Shown here: piece after piece, positions 37,854-48,771 of the stretch
Layout: each line of letters starts with the position of its first letter
Numbering within the stretch: position 1 is the first letter of the stretch
Assembly: GCA_001790815.1 (NCBI GenBank)
Contig: MGDU01000022.1
Span: forward strand, 108-64,107
DNA from: Candidatus Uhrbacteria bacterium RIFCSPHIGHO2_02_FULL_46_47
GTDB taxonomy: Bacteria > Patescibacteriota > Patescibacteriia > GWA2-47-26
DNA length: 64,000 nucleotides
Direction: 5' to 3'
Position numbers and translations under genes: made by a program
The notes under the pieces: model-generated
The model's input: only the letters and a program-made list of their open reading frames with translations
Database searches by the model: none
What the model was told of the DNA's origin: nothing

Positions 37854-37925
37854 TGGGCGCGCTAGGATTCGAACCTAGAACCGGTCGTGTATAAGACGAC
37901 AGCTCTACCGTTGAGCTACGCGCCC
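37854..37925 (-). tRNA. tRNA-Ile (anticodon UAU), no encoded CCA
   Basis: Reverse complement gives GGGCGCG-TA-GCTC-AACGGTA-GAGC-T-GTCGT-CTTATAC-ACGAC-CGGTT-CTAGG-TTCGAAT-CCTAG-CGCGCCC-A; the anticodon loop carries TAT. Confidence 0.65.
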
Positions 37926-37990
37926 ATCTTTGGGCATGCTACCATGATTTCTTGAAAAAATCAAGGCAATCAAGTATAGTGGGTTAAGTT

Positions 37991-39673
37991 ATGGATTTTA
38001 TACAGCCCTACTTTGTATGGATAAAAAGTTTGATTGCCGCGTTTCCCGAGGCGGAGATTTTTTTGGTTGGAGGCGCGGTGCGCGACTCTTTACTCAAGCG
38101 CGCCGCCTCTATGGAGGCGAGCCTCGTCCCTGCGGGGCGGGAAAGCAAGGATTATGATTTTATTGTGCGCGGAGTGCAGGCGCGTAAACTACAGGAATTT
38201 TTGGGCACCGTTGGGATTGTAAATCTAGTTGGTCGAACCTTTGGCGTATACAAATTTATTCCGGATGAGGGTTATGATGAATTCAAGGCCAGCGGACTGG
38301 AGGCCTTTGATGTTGCGCTTCCGCGCACGGAAACATCTTGGGGAACTGGCGGTTACCGCGATGTGGAAGTGCAATCCAATCATGAACTGCCAATTGAGGA
38401 AGATCTGGGGCGGCGGGATTTTACGATAAATGCAATGGCATTGAGATTAGAAATTAGAAATTTGAAATTAGAAATTGGAGATCTTGTCGATCCCTATGGT
38501 GGGCAAAAAGATATAGAAGCAAAAATAGTGCGGGCGGTGAGGGATCCGAAAACGCGGTTTGATGAAGATTATACAAGAATGTTGCGCGCGCTGCGGTTTG
38601 CTTGCGAATTGGGATTTGAGATTGAACCAGGAACTTTAGGAGCACTTAAAGAAGTGATGCCGAGGTTAAATGATACGCGTGGAGAAAGCATAGGGCTAAG
38701 CCCTGGATCGTCAAAGGGCTTAGCCCTTGCCGAGTTTGTAGCGCCACGCGAGGTTATTAGTCGCGAATTGATTAAGGCCTTTTATGCGGATCCGGTGCGC
38801 GCGTTTGATTTGTATGATGAAAGCGGCGCATTTGCAATGCTCATGCCAGAACTTTTAAAAATGAAAAGCTGTCCGCAACCGCCGGAATTTCATAGCGAGG
38901 GTGACGTTTGGGCGCATACAAGATTGGCGCTTGGAGTGCTTAAATCGGAGGAGTATGCAAGACTTTTCGGGCAAACTCATCCCCTCCTGACCTCCCCCAT
39001 CAAGGGGGAGGAAAATCCCCCTCCCCTTGTGGGAGGGGCGAGGGGAGGGGTTGATCCCTACAACGCCCTACTTATTATGGCCATACTTTTGCATGATGTT
39101 GGCAAGCCGCCAATGCTTAGAACGCCGCAAGAGCATGGCGTGGACAGAATTCGCCATGATGAACATGATATCGTTGGCGCGGAAATTGCCCGTGAAATTG
39201 CCAAGCGACTAGTTCTGACTATTATGCCAATTGAAGGGGCACTCCATGTTGATGCGGATAAACTTGTATGGCTCATAAAACATCATTTACTTTTGCTGCA
39301 TACCGCGGCGGAAGATTTTAAAGCTTCTACGGTTGAAAAATACTTTTTCAATGAAAAGAATCCGGGGGAAGAACTTTTGCGTCTGGCCTTTTGTGATGGT
39401 TCAGCTTCACTGCCCCCGGGCGGCGGCGGCAAGCCAAATCTTCAAAATCTTTTTGATATGATGGCGCGCATCAAACGCATGGAAACCGCGGTGCGCGAAA
39501 AAAAGCTGGTGGTAAAACCACTTGTCAATGGCGATGAGATTATGGCAATTTTGAAAATCCCGGCCGGCCCGGGAGTAGGAGAAATTATCCGCGCGCTTCG
39601 CGAAGAACAACTCTCCGCCCGAGTGACCAGCAAAGAAGAAGCAGTGGAGTGGTTAAAAAAGAATTTTGGATAA
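37991..39673 (+). CDS. cca: CCA-adding tRNA nucleotidyltransferase (PolyA-pol head plus HD domain) with repeat insert
   Basis: FLVGGAVRDSLL, RRDFTINAMAL and an HD region (LLHDVGKP). PSP-GEG insert at 38973-39058. Confidence 0.75.
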   Translation: MDFIQPYFVWIKSLIAAFPEAEIFLVGGAVRDSLLKRAASMEASLVPAGRESKDYDFIVRGVQARKLQEFLGTVGIVNLVGRTFGVYKFIPDEGYDEFKASGLEAFDVALPRTETSWGTGGYRDVEVQSNHELPIEEDLGRRDFTINAMALRLEIRNLKLEIGDLVDPYGGQKDIEAKIVRAVRDPKTRFDEDYTRMLRALRFACELGFEIEPGTLGALKEVMPRLNDTRGESIGLSPGSSKGLALAEFVAPREVISRELIKAFYADPVRAFDLYDESGAFAMLMPELLKMKSCPQPPEFHSEGDVWAHTRLALGVLKSEEYARLFGQTHPLLTSPIKGEENPPPLVGGARGGVDPYNALLIMAILLHDVGKPPMLRTPQEHGVDRIRHDEHDIVGAEIAREIAKRLVLTIMPIEGALHVDADKLVWLIKHHLLLLHTAAEDFKASTVEKYFFNEKNPGEELLRLAFCDGSASLPPGGGGKPNLQNLFDMMARIKRMETAVREKKLVVKPLVNGDEIMAILKIPAGPGVGEIIRALREEQLSARVTSKEEAVEWLKKNFG

Positions 39674-39676
39674 ACA

Positions 39677-39973
39677 TCAAGCGATTTTGCGATAGATTGA
39701 ATGATCGCCGATGTTAATTAAAAGCGCTTCGCCATCTTTTTGAAATCTAAAGATTACTCGATTTTTATTATCCACAGAAAAAGCCCAAAGTTCGCTATTG
39801 GAAAGTTTATGAGTATGAAGAGTAGGGTGGAATGGGCTTTCACGAAATAGATCTATTTTCATTCGAGCCAGTTGTTGAAGTTGCGAAACTAATCCTTTGA
39901 ATGAGCGTTCAAAGCGAGATGTAAAAAATATCCTCATATGCGATAGGCGACAGGAGTGATTATCTAAGATCAC
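39677..39973 (-). CDS. RelE/ParE-family toxin
   Basis: HPTLHTHKLSNSELWAFSVDNKNRVIFRFQKDGEALLINIGDHSIY. Confidence 0.65.
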   Translation of the reverse strand: MILDNHSCRLSHMRIFFTSRFERSFKGLVSQLQQLARMKIDLFRESPFHPTLHTHKLSNSELWAFSVDNKNRVIFRFQKDGEALLINIGDHSIYRKIA

Positions 39974-40205
39974 TCCAGGATTTCAACTCTTTGACGCGCC
40001 CGGCCTTAAGATCCGCGGCTGACTCGTGCTCTAACGTTTTGAGAAATTCATAATCATAAGGATAACCGCTTGGCTCCTCCAGATGCAGGTCGCGCCGTAC
40101 CAGATCGCGAATATATTCGCTAACGTTATTGTAACCCTTTTTATTGATCGTTTCTCTCATTATTGAGAGAAGAGTTTTATTAAGGGAGATATTGATATTA
40201 TTCAT
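39960..40205 (-). CDS. ParD/RHH-family antitoxin
   Basis: 81 aa with SEYIRDLVRRDL; overlaps the RelE gene by 14 nt. Confidence 0.55.
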   Translation of the reverse strand: MNNINISLNKTLLSIMRETINKKGYNNVSEYIRDLVRRDLHLEEPSGYPYDYEFLKTLEHESAADLKAGRVKELKSWSDLR

Positions 40206-40369
40206 ACTATGTATGGATTATGTGTATTTTATGTATGTATTGTAGCATACGACTTATTTTCATGTCAAATTATTGACGATTGACGGTTGTGTAAGTTTTA
40301 GTCAAAAATGTATACAAATTTAGACTAAAACTTACACCAACTTAATTTTCGCGTATCTTTGGGAATTCC

Positions 40370-41410
40370 TTGTTTCATAGTATAATTACAGCATTGCAAC
40401 TTTATATGCAGTTTATCATTACTTCAGAATATAGCAAAATGCGGCTGGATTTGTTTTTGAAAGAACATTTTCCAGAGCTTTCGCGCACGCATTTGCAGAA
40501 ATTAGTCAAAGATGGGCAAGTTACTGTGAATGAAGAAAAAGTAACACCGCACTATTTTCTTAAAGAAGGCGATGAAGTGGAGGCCGTAATTGAGCCGGTG
40601 CAGGATCTGCGTGTGGTGGAGAATCCGGAGGTGACGATTATTAAATGTGATGAAGAAGCTCCCACCCCTCCTAACCTCCCCTCGGGCAGGGGAGGAAAAA
40701 TTGTTTCTCCCCCTCTCGGAGGGGGAGTTAGAAGGGGTCAGGTTTGTATCATTCACGAAGAGCCGGACTTTATTGTGGTAAATAAACCCGCAGGACTGGT
40801 TGTGCATCAAGGTGAAGGACATAAAGAGCCAGATACATTGGCCAATGGTTTGCTTGCGCGTTATCCGGAAATTGGCAAGGTGGGGGATGATCCGGTGCGG
40901 CCGGGAATTATGCATCGCCTTGACGCCGATGTTTCCGGAGTTATGGTTATCGCGCGCACGCAAGATATGTTTGATCATTTGAAAAAGCAATTCAAAACGC
41001 ATGAAGTAGAAAAAGAATATGTGGCGGTTGTGGAAGGCAAAGTTTCGCCGCCTTCCGGCACAATTGAATTTGCCATCGCGCGCAAAGGCGCACGGATGGT
41101 CGCGCGACCAAAACACGAGGAAGGTAAAAAAGCAGTTACCGAATACGAAATGCTTTCGTCAGATGGCAAATCAAGTGTATTGCGTATTAAGATTCACACC
41201 GGACGAACTCATCAAATCAGGGTGCATCTTAAGGCAAAAGGATGGCCGATAGTGGGGGATAGATTGTACAATGTAAAATTTAAAATGAAAAATGTAAAAT
41301 TGGTTGAACCGGGTAGATTAATGCTACATGCAAGCAAGCTAAGATTCAAGGATTTAAAAGGAGTAGGGAGAGAATTTGAAGCAAAGATTCCAATAGAATT
41401 TAATTTTTAA
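40370..41410 (+). CDS. rluD: RluA-family 23S rRNA pseudouridine synthase (RluD-like) with repeat insert
   Basis: N-terminal S4 domain, VVNKPAGLVVHQGEGH, and HRLDADVSGVMVIARTQ. Insert at 40660-40745. Confidence 0.8.
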   Translation: MFHSIITALQLYMQFIITSEYSKMRLDLFLKEHFPELSRTHLQKLVKDGQVTVNEEKVTPHYFLKEGDEVEAVIEPVQDLRVVENPEVTIIKCDEEAPTPPNLPSGRGGKIVSPPLGGGVRRGQVCIIHEEPDFIVVNKPAGLVVHQGEGHKEPDTLANGLLARYPEIGKVGDDPVRPGIMHRLDADVSGVMVIARTQDMFDHLKKQFKTHEVEKEYVAVVEGKVSPPSGTIEFAIARKGARMVARPKHEEGKKAVTEYEMLSSDGKSSVLRIKIHTGRTHQIRVHLKAKGWPIVGDRLYNVKFKMKNVKLVEPGRLMLHASKLRFKDLKGVGREFEAKIPIEFNF

Positions 41411-41433
41411 TTTTACATTTTACATTTTACATT

Positions 41434-41967
41434 ATGATAATTACCATTTCCGGTATGCCCGGATCAGGAAAATCCACGATCGGGAAAATGCTTGCTGAAA
41501 AACTCGGGTACAAGCAATACTCCATGGGCGACTTACGCGGGCGCTGGGCTATTGAACGAGGGTTGACTATTGATGAATTGAATAAGCTGGGCGAGCAGGA
41601 AGATTGGACGGACAAGGATGCGGACGCTTATCAAGAAAAATTGGGCAAAACCGAGGACAATTTTGTAATTGACGGGCGTTTGTCATTTCATTTTATTCCC
41701 CAAGCTTTTAAGATATTTCTAACAGTTGATCCGCGGGTGGCGGCGCAGCGTGTTATAAAAAACCCCCGTCCGGATGAAAAATTAGCCGCAAGTGTGGAAG
41801 AACTTATGGCGGCTCAACAAGCACGGGTAGAAAATGATGAACGACGCTATGAAAAGTATTATAAGCTTAGTTTTCAGGATAAAAGCAACTATGATTTGGT
41901 TATTGATACTACAGACTTGACACCCGGGAAGATACTTGATAGGATAATGGCACGATTAAAAAGCTAA
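41434..41967 (+). CDS. cmk: cytidylate kinase-like P-loop nucleotide kinase
   Basis: [25 protein letters not shown]. Confidence 0.55.
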   Translation: MIITISGMPGSGKSTIGKMLAEKLGYKQYSMGDLRGRWAIERGLTIDELNKLGEQEDWTDKDADAYQEKLGKTEDNFVIDGRLSFHFIPQAFKIFLTVDPRVAAQRVIKNPRPDEKLAASVEELMAAQQARVENDERRYEKYYKLSFQDKSNYDLVIDTTDLTPGKILDRIMARLKS

Positions 41968-42049
41968 AGGCAACGCCGATCTATGGATTCATCCGGATCT
42001 ACGGATTTGTATTATCAGTAGATCCGCATGTAAATCCGCGTCATCCGCA

Positions 42050-42382
42050 TTGCACATCATTATGTACGAAAACATCAAGCCCGGCATGACCGTTCGGGTG
42101 CATGAAAAACTTCGCGAGCAAACCGAAAAAGGCGAAAAAGAACGTATTCAAATTTTTGAAGGCATAGTTATTGCGCGCAAAGGCGGAAATCAGCCGCAAG
42201 CCACCATTATGGTGCGTAAAATCGGCGCAGACAATGTAGGCGTGGAAAAAATTTATCCGCTCAATGCTCCAACAGTGGCAAACATTGAACCGGTGCGTCA
42301 GGCAAAAGTGCGGCGAGCAAAATTATATTTTTTGCGCGATTATAAGAAACGATTAAAGGAAACACCAATTGGGAGTAAGTAG
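42050..42382 (+). CDS. rplS: 50S ribosomal protein L19
   Basis: [14 protein letters not shown]...ATIMVRKI...[10 protein letters not shown]...[10 protein letters not shown]. Confidence 0.85.
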   Translation: MHIIMYENIKPGMTVRVHEKLREQTEKGEKERIQIFEGIVIARKGGNQPQATIMVRKIGADNVGVEKIYPLNAPTVANIEPVRQAKVRRAKLYFLRDYKKRLKETPIGSK

Positions 42383-42443
42383 TATGTAGTATGTAGAAGG
42401 TAGTATTAATAAAGGTGGTCGAAAGGCCGCCTTTGATGTTATC

Positions 42444-42472
42444 TTGACATATTAATTTTGGCATGGTATGAG
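42444..42472 (+). promoter_or_regulatory. sigma70-like promoter (TTGACA-17-TATGAG) for cassette E1
   Basis: TTGACA at 42444-42449; a PSP-GEG repeat element (42512-42582) lies in the leader. Confidence 0.4.
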
Positions 42473-42622
42473 AGTTAATACGAGGATTTGTTCACGTATC
42501 GGAAACTGGTAATTTGCCCCCCTCACCTGGCCTACGGCCATCCTCTCCCTCAGGGAGAGGGGAGGGTGAGGGTGCGCGAAGCGTCTATGTTCTAAACGTT
42601 TCCAAGAACGAGGGAGGCCAAG

Positions 42623-43402
42623 ATGAGGCATTTGGGAATCATCCTCGCAATTCTTTCCATGCTCTACGGCACAGTCAAGGCCGCGCCTGCCAAGGCCACG
42701 AACAAGGATGTACTTGATGATCTTTCAATCATCGCCACGGCCAAGCAGTGCGAGAAGGACAACAAGCACAACTACAACTTCGCAACTGACAAGTGCGATC
42801 CGCTCGTGGCTACAGTAACCACCACGCAAAAGTCGGGCTCCTCCCGTTGGATTCAGCTTAGCTTTGCCATTCTCGCCATTGTGGGACTTCTTATCTACCT
42901 TGGATATGAGCGATACCAAGGGGACAAGCGCGAGGCGGCGGTGATGGAACGCAAGTCTGATGAGGCACGTGAGAGTTACGTCGCGGTACTGCGCGGCAAG
43001 CTTGAAGACATTGCTCTCGTGCTCGGTGTTCCTGCATCAACGGATCTTGTGAAGGAAGTTGACGCGATCCGTGGCGATTGCCAGCGAATGAAACAGGAGA
43101 TGCAGGGATTGCAGGCCGCTCTTCAGGTAGCAGACGAGCGGAATGCCGCGCTCCGGCGCGAATGGGAAGAGTTGTATCTTGCCAGTCGGACCGCGCATAC
43201 TATGCTTCCCCCGCAGACAGGAGCGAGTCAAAGCGGCGTCGACACGATTCTCAAGCGCGTGTGCGAGGCGCTTTGCGAGACGCATATCGCTGCGCTCCGC
43301 CGGCACGTAGAGGATCCCAAGCCCAGAACGTACCGGGCCGCGGATAAGGCCTTGAGCACGATAGAGGAGGTCGCAAAAGAGCTTTCCATGCTCGCGGCCT
43401 AG
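42623..43402 (+). CDS. hypothetical exported/membrane coiled-coil protein, GC-rich orphan (cassette E1)
   Basis: Signal peptide MRHLGIILAILSMLYGTVKA, a central TM (WIQLSFAILAIVGLLIYLGY) and a coiled-coil C-terminus. GAGGGAGG Shine-Dalgarno. Visibly GC-rich. Confidence 0.55.
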   Translation: MRHLGIILAILSMLYGTVKAAPAKATNKDVLDDLSIIATAKQCEKDNKHNYNFATDKCDPLVATVTTTQKSGSSRWIQLSFAILAIVGLLIYLGYERYQGDKREAAVMERKSDEARESYVAVLRGKLEDIALVLGVPASTDLVKEVDAIRGDCQRMKQEMQGLQAALQVADERNAALRREWEELYLASRTAHTMLPPQTGASQSGVDTILKRVCEALCETHIAALRRHVEDPKPRTYRAADKALSTIEEVAKELSMLAA

Positions 43403-43426
43403 GATTACACCGTGCTTCCAACAAAA

Positions 43427-43459
43427 CTCCGATCAGTAGCGCTGGTCGGAGGATTTTTT
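43427..43459 (+). terminator. terminator of E1
   Basis: ctccgatcagtagcgctggtcggag followed by gatttttta; near-identical to the E2 terminator. Confidence 0.55.
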
Positions 43460-43467
43460 ATGCAAGC

Positions 43468-43496
43468 TTGACAATGGTTTTGCTTCATGGTAAGAG
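43468..43496 (+). promoter_or_regulatory. sigma70-like promoter (TTGACA-17-TAAGAG) for E2
   Basis: TTGACA at 43468-43473. Confidence 0.4.
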
Positions 43497-44536
43497 AGGG
43501 GTGGGTATGTAGAAGGATCAACGGACAAACTCTGAAAGGGGAAATGTCCATGTTCAAGGTCAAGCAAACCCTCATGGTTCTTTTCGGAGCGTTCACCGTG
43601 CTTTTCTCGGCCAAGATCGCCTTTGCGGCGCAGCCGACAATGGGCAGCAATGCCTGTGAAGGCGCGATCCCGCTCAAGCAGCTCGTACGTGTTGAAGTCA
43701 GAAAAGACGACTTGAGTGACTGCCCGCGCCGGGTTCGTACGCCGTATCTGTGCGCCTTGCACCGGGCCGACTTGGCTCACCGCAGTTTGAGCCATGCCAT
43801 GCGGACGACAATCGCGGATTTGGGCAACGGGACCTGCGGCCGCGTGAACCTGCGCGGCGTGCTCATCTGGACTGAAGACCGCGCGAGTCTTGAAGGAAAA
43901 AAGTTCGTGGATCTGGGTACGGAGCTGCCCAGCGGCAATCTGCGCTTTGGCGCGTGGAAAACCAACGTGCTGTATCTTGCACCTGTCTCAGGCGAGGAGC
44001 TCCTTGCTTCCTGCACAAGTGATCTGGCTGACTGCAATGCGCAGCTCGTCAAGACCGCGGTAAAATGTCCGGAACCGGAATGCCCAAAGGCCGAGAGTCC
44101 GACATTTATCCCGCAAGTTGAGAAGGGCCCAACAGGTCTTACACGAGACCCCAATAACCCGGTTTCTCGGGAAGAATTGCAAACATACGCAAGGGAACAA
44201 GACGCGATCGAGGAGGAACAATCCGCGATCGAGAGGGCACAACTTGCGATCACAAAGGAGCTGAAGCGCTTCAATGACCTTGTCGTTTTTGGGGACAAGA
44301 TTGCAGAATGCAAGACTAAAGGCCTTCTGCTCTACTCCACGGCTAAGAAGGACTGTCTGACCACAGTGGATCTAAACGCAATGCTCAACCGCCATGCACA
44401 GCAGCAGCTGGCGGCAAGTTACGCCATGGTGGACAGTCTGCGAGTGGCTCTCCGAAAATCAAGATCATGCCTGGGCAGGTGGCGCTGGTCAAGCGATACG
44501 GACGGTTGGTGCGACACCTCAAACTCAATGTGGTGA
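43487..44536 (+). CDS. hypothetical secreted Cys-containing protein, GC-rich orphan (cassette E2)
   Basis: The likely start is MSMFKVKQTLMVLFGAFTVLFSAKIAFAA (signal peptide) with a GGGGA Shine-Dalgarno; visibly GC-rich. Confidence 0.55.
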   Translation: MVREGWVCRRINGQTLKGEMSMFKVKQTLMVLFGAFTVLFSAKIAFAAQPTMGSNACEGAIPLKQLVRVEVRKDDLSDCPRRVRTPYLCALHRADLAHRSLSHAMRTTIADLGNGTCGRVNLRGVLIWTEDRASLEGKKFVDLGTELPSGNLRFGAWKTNVLYLAPVSGEELLASCTSDLADCNAQLVKTAVKCPEPECPKAESPTFIPQVEKGPTGLTRDPNNPVSREELQTYAREQDAIEEEQSAIERAQLAITKELKRFNDLVVFGDKIAECKTKGLLLYSTAKKDCLTTVDLNAMLNRHAQQQLAASYAMVDSLRVALRKSRSCLGRWRWSSDTDGWCDTSNSMW

Positions 44537-44583
44537 GTGAGGCACTTGATCAACTCGGTCCGACCAACGTCCTTTCAACAAAA

Positions 44584-44621
44584 CCTCCGATCAGCAAGCG
44601 CTGGCCGGAGGTGAATTTTTT
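44584..44621 (+). terminator. terminator of E2
   Basis: cctccgatcagcaagcgctggccggagg followed by tgaatttttt. Confidence 0.55.
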
Positions 44622-44673
44622 GTAGTCGCCGGTCTTTAGCCGGCGTGCGCAGCCTAAAGAGCTGCGGCTACAT
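44622..44673. repeat. R2-family double-hairpin element next to the uvrA stop
   Basis: gtagtcgccggtctttagccggcg...gcagcctaaagagctgcggctac. Confidence 0.7.
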
Positions 44674-44682
44674 TAGAGATGA

Positions 44683-47661
44683 TTATTTTAATAGTTTCTT
44701 TAAGTATTGTCCCGTATAAGAACGTTTTACTTTGCAAATATCCTTGGGCGTTCCTTGCGCAATGATAAAGCCGCCTTTGTTTCCGCCTTCCGGCCCCATG
44801 TCAATAACCCAGTCTGCGGATTTTATCACCTCAAGATTATGTTCAATGACCAATATGGTATTTCCTTTATCAACAAGCCGCTGAAGCACAACTAAAAGAT
44901 GCTGAATATCTTCAAAATGTAGGCCAGTTGTTGGTTCATCTAAAATGTAAAGCGTTTTTCCGGTTGCGCGCCTGGAAAGCTCAGTAGCAAGTTTTACGCG
45001 CTGGGCCTCGCCGCCGGACAAGGTCGGCGCTGGCTGGCCAAGACGTATATAGCCAAGTCCAACATCCCCAAGTACTTGAAGTTTATCATATAGAAGCGGC
45101 ACATCTTTGAAAAATTCTTTTGCCTCCGAAGCCGACATATCCAGAATATCGGCGATGTTTTTATTTTTGAAGTGGATTTCCAGTGCTTCGCCGCGATAGC
45201 GTTTGCCATGGCACTCGCTACAGACCACAAACGTTTCAGACATGAATTGCATGGGAATTTTAATGTATCCTTCGCCGGCGCAGGTTTCACAGCGCCCGCC
45301 CTTTACATTAAAACTGAATTTTCCCGCGTCAAACCCTTTGAGTTTTGCTTCCGGAATTTCAGTATAGAGATCGCGAATAATTGAAAAAATTCCAGTATAG
45401 GTTGCGGGATTGGAACGCGGCGTGCGGCCAATGGGCGTCTGATCTACCGTGATAACCTTATCAATGTATTGAATGCCGTTTATCTCCTCATGTACAAGCG
45501 GCAGATCATTTGCTCCATGCAGAACATGGGCAATTTTTTTTGCCAGGATATCCAAAATGAGTGTTGATTTGCCAGAACCGGACACGCCGGAAACACAGAC
45601 AAAAAGCCCAAGTGGAATTCGTATATCAACATTTTTGAGGTTGAACGCGGCTGCGCCTTTGATTGTAAGAGCTTTGCCATTTCCTTTGCGCAGTTTTTTG
45701 GGCAGTAAAATTGTTTTGCGTTTTGAAAGATATGCGCCAGTAATGGATTTTTTATTTTTTATGATTGCGGCAATAGTTCCTTCCGCGATAATTTCGCCGC
45801 CTTGGAGGCCAGCGCCCGGACCCATGTCAATAATCCAATCTGCCGAGTGCATGATTTGCGCGTCGTGCTCAACAACCAGCACGGTATTTCCGTGCGCGAG
45901 GAGTTTTTTCAAAAGGTGCAGCAGCATGACTGTGTCGCGTTCATGCAATCCCACGGTTGGTTCATCTAAAATATAAATCACGCCGGATAAAGGAGTAGAG
46001 AGCTGGACTGCTAGGCGTACGCGCTGGCCTTCTCCGCCAGAAAGTGCCGGAGCGGCGCGGTCAAGCGTCAAATACCCGATTCCCGCGTTTTGTAGATTAT
46101 GAAGACGCGTTAAGATTTCTTTGATGATTGGCGCGGCAATTGCCGCTTCTGTTTCGCTGAGCCCTATTGAAAATTTATTGAAAAATTTGATTGCATCATC
46201 AACTGAGCATGCACTAATCTGCGCGATATTTTTTCCGGCGACTGTTACTGCAAGCGCTTCAGGCCGCAAACGACTGCCCTTGCATACCGGGCAAATGTTT
46301 TGGCGCATATAGGTTTCAATTTCTTTGCGAATGTATTCTGAATCAGTGTCGCGGAAGCGCGCTTGCAACTCCGGAATAACGCCTGTAAATTTCAGCGCCG
46401 TCTCCTTTACTTCATAAGTTTTATCGCCAGTGCCGTAAAGAATCATCTCGCGCGTTTTTTTGGAAAGTTCACCAACCGGAGTATCCAGAGAAAATTTATG
46501 CGCCGCGGCAACTGCCCCAAGGAGTTCAAGACGCGCGGACTGATTTGCGCCAATGCGTGTCCAGGGCTTTATCGCGCCTTGAGCAAGGGAAAGGCGGGGA
46601 TTGGGTATAACCAGTTCCGGCACGACAGTTGATTGAATGCCCAGACCATGACACTGCCCACAGGCGCCATGCGGACTGTTGAATGAAAAATTGCGCGGCT
46701 CAATGGGCGGATAGGTTTTGCCGCATTGTGGGCAGGTCAGGTCCTTGGACAAGAAAAATTGACCCTCACCCTGCAGTGCCACGTCGGCTGACTGTGGCCC
46801 TCTCCCAGAGGCGGGAGAGGGATTTACCTTTCCTTCCTCTCCCTTTGTGGGAGAGGATTGAGGTGAGGGGATCATTCGTTCTGCGGCAATCATTCCATCC
46901 CCCAACTCCAGCGCGGTTAAAATTTGCATGCGCACATGTTCCGGATCTTCTTTAAGCTCTTTGGGGCCGTAAGTGCCGATGGCCGCATCAAGGGTGAATG
47001 CCGAGACGGGGAGGCTGGTTTCCTCCAAAGCTTTGAGCTGGGTAAGCTCACCGTTTAAACGCACTTCAGTAAATCCGGCACGGGTGAGGCGCTTGATCAA
47101 ATCATTTGATTCTTGTAGCGCGGGGCCTTGTGCCCCGCTTAGCGGCACACGAGGTGCCGCGCTACGATCATATCGTACAATCGGCGCAAAAATTCGGATT
47201 TGTGTTTTAGAAATTTCTTCCTTAAGACGCCGGACAATATCTTCGGTAGAGGCACGGGAAAGTTTTTGGCCACATGTAATACATTTTGGATGCCCTACGC
47301 GCGCGAAAAGCAAACGCAGATAATCGGCAATTTCAGTAAGTGTGCCCACGGTTGAGCGCGGGTTTTCAGAAATGCCACGCTGATCTATGGCAATGGTTGG
47401 CGCAAGTCCGCGAATTTCATCCACATCCGGTTTATCTTGCAGTTCAAGAAATTGGCGAGCGTAGCTTGAAAGGGACTCAACATAGCGGCGCTGGCCTTCG
47501 GCAAAAATCGTATCAAAGGCCAGGGAGGATTTTCCTGATCCTGAAAGACCGGTAATAACCACCAGCTTATTTTTTGGAATTTCAACCGTAATGTCTTTCA
47601 GGTTGTTTGCTCGGGCGCCTTTGATGATGAGTTTGTCTTGCATATTGGGACATCGGTTCAC
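44683..47661 (-). CDS. uvrA: excinuclease ABC subunit A with in-frame repeat insert
   Basis: Two ABC ATPase modules ([38 protein letters not shown]) and zinc-finger Cys clusters. PSP-GEG insert at 46790-46872. Confidence 0.9.
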   Translation of the reverse strand: MNRCPNMQDKLIIKGARANNLKDITVEIPKNKLVVITGLSGSGKSSLAFDTIFAEGQRRYVESLSSYARQFLELQDKPDVDEIRGLAPTIAIDQRGISENPRSTVGTLTEIADYLRLLFARVGHPKCITCGQKLSRASTEDIVRRLKEEISKTQIRIFAPIVRYDRSAAPRVPLSGAQGPALQESNDLIKRLTRAGFTEVRLNGELTQLKALEETSLPVSAFTLDAAIGTYGPKELKEDPEHVRMQILTALELGDGMIAAERMIPSPQSSPTKGEEGKVNPSPASGRGPQSADVALQGEGQFFLSKDLTCPQCGKTYPPIEPRNFSFNSPHGACGQCHGLGIQSTVVPELVIPNPRLSLAQGAIKPWTRIGANQSARLELLGAVAAAHKFSLDTPVGELSKKTREMILYGTGDKTYEVKETALKFTGVIPELQARFRDTDSEYIRKEIETYMRQNICPVCKGSRLRPEALAVTVAGKNIAQISACSVDDAIKFFNKFSIGLSETEAAIAAPIIKEILTRLHNLQNAGIGYLTLDRAAPALSGGEGQRVRLAVQLSTPLSGVIYILDEPTVGLHERDTVMLLHLLKKLLAHGNTVLVVEHDAQIMHSADWIIDMGPGAGLQGGEIIAEGTIAAIIKNKKSITGAYLSKRKTILLPKKLRKGNGKALTIKGAAAFNLKNVDIRIPLGLFVCVSGVSGSGKSTLILDILAKKIAHVLHGANDLPLVHEEINGIQYIDKVITVDQTPIGRTPRSNPATYTGIFSIIRDLYTEIPEAKLKGFDAGKFSFNVKGGRCETCAGEGYIKIPMQFMSETFVVCSECHGKRYRGEALEIHFKNKNIADILDMSASEAKEFFKDVPLLYDKLQVLGDVGLGYIRLGQPAPTLSGGEAQRVKLATELSRRATGKTLYILDEPTTGLHFEDIQHLLVVLQRLVDKGNTILVIEHNLEVIKSADWVIDMGPEGGNKGGFIIAQGTPKDICKVKRSYTGQYLKKLLK

Positions 47662-47666
47662 AGTCG

Positions 47667-48152
47667 TCAGTTCACAGTATTGTTGTTGAGACTGTTTTTG
47701 AGCGCATTTAGCATGCGCACGATCTCATTTATTTCCGCATAAAGTGTTTCATAGGTTTCTTGCGTAATGTAATTTCTGCGCCGTGCTATTGCAAGACATG
47801 CGACGCATTCGTATGCTGAAGTTCGCGACATATCAATAAAATGGCCGAATTCTTTATTAGTTCGCCCTGTCCCTTCTGCTATGTTTAAAAGAATCGAGAT
47901 TACCGCACGCCGTAATTGTGATGAGAGTGTGTAAAGTTCGTGAGAAGGGAATTTATCCACAACATCATAGACATGATCAACAAGATCAAGAGTATGCTGA
48001 TATACTCGTAATTCCTCAAATCTAAATGGCATACAAGACTGTGAACAGATGTCTGATGACGGATGACTCAATTGCAAAGAAGTGTAGCATAAACCCGTCA
48101 AGGGTTCAAGGGTGGATAAGTAGCTTGACCCACATTTATTAATAATATACAA
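47667..48152 (-). CDS. four-helix-bundle protein (TIGR02436-like)
   Basis: [25 protein letters not shown]...[11 protein letters not shown]...[10 protein letters not shown]; the true start is probably MPFRF. Confidence 0.6.
   Translation of the reverse strand: MYIINKCGSSYLSTLEPLTGLCYTSLQLSHPSSDICSQSCMPFRFEELRVYQHTLDLVDHVYDVVDKFPSHELYTLSSQLRRAVISILLNIAEGTGRTNKEFGHFIDMSRTSAYECVACLAIARRRNYITQETYETLYAEINEIVRMLNALKNSLNNNTVN
48085..48110. repeat. left copy of the 26-bp direct repeat flanking the AbiE cassette
   Basis: tagcataaacccgtcaagggttcaag; partner at 49464-49489. Confidence 0.6.
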
Positions 48153-48181
48153 TGGAAGGGTGGAAATATCACCTTTCCATT
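48151..48181. promoter_or_regulatory. inverted repeat upstream of AbiEi pair 2 (putative operator)
   Basis: aatggaagggtg-gaaatatc-acctttccatt. Confidence 0.4.
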
Positions 48182-48195
48182 AAACAAGTTTATAT

Positions 48196-48771
48196 ATGGC
48201 TACTGAAAATCTTATTGCCAAACTATACCAATCCCCAAAGACAATCCTGACTACCAAAGATATCGCTTTGATCTGGCAGGAAACTAATACAGCTAATCTT
48301 ACCTCAAAGATTAAGTATTATGCTAAAGAAGGATCATTGATCCGTTTAACTCGTGGTGTATTTGCAAAAAATAAAGAGTATGATGTCAAAGAACTGGCAA
48401 CGAGTATTTATACCCCTTCCTATGTCAGTTTTGAAACAGTTTTGCGAGAAGCTGGTATTATTTTCCAACATCATGATGCAATTTTCGTAGCCGGTCCTTA
48501 TCCAATTACCAAAAAGATTAATGGTCACACCATTATATTTAGAAAACTGAAAAACAGTGTTCTCTACAACGCGCTTGGTGTCAAAAATGAAAAGAATTAC
48601 AGCATCGCCACGCCAGAGCGAGCCTTCCTCGACACCATCTATTTATCTCCTAAATTTTATTTTGACAACCTGCGATCCATTAATTGGGAGGTATGCTTTG
48701 AGCTTGCCAAAATATACCATAATAAACAATTAATTAAGCGAGTTGCGGAGTACCAAAAGCATGCTCAATAA
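48196..48771 (+). CDS. AbiEi-family antitoxin, pair 2
   Basis: Paralogous to 10418-11035 (same architecture); upstream of and overlapping an AbiEii gene. Confidence 0.55.
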   Translation: MATENLIAKLYQSPKTILTTKDIALIWQETNTANLTSKIKYYAKEGSLIRLTRGVFAKNKEYDVKELATSIYTPSYVSFETVLREAGIIFQHHDAIFVAGPYPITKKINGHTIIFRKLKNSVLYNALGVKNEKNYSIATPERAFLDTIYLSPKFYFDNLRSINWEVCFELAKIYHNKQLIKRVAEYQKHAQ

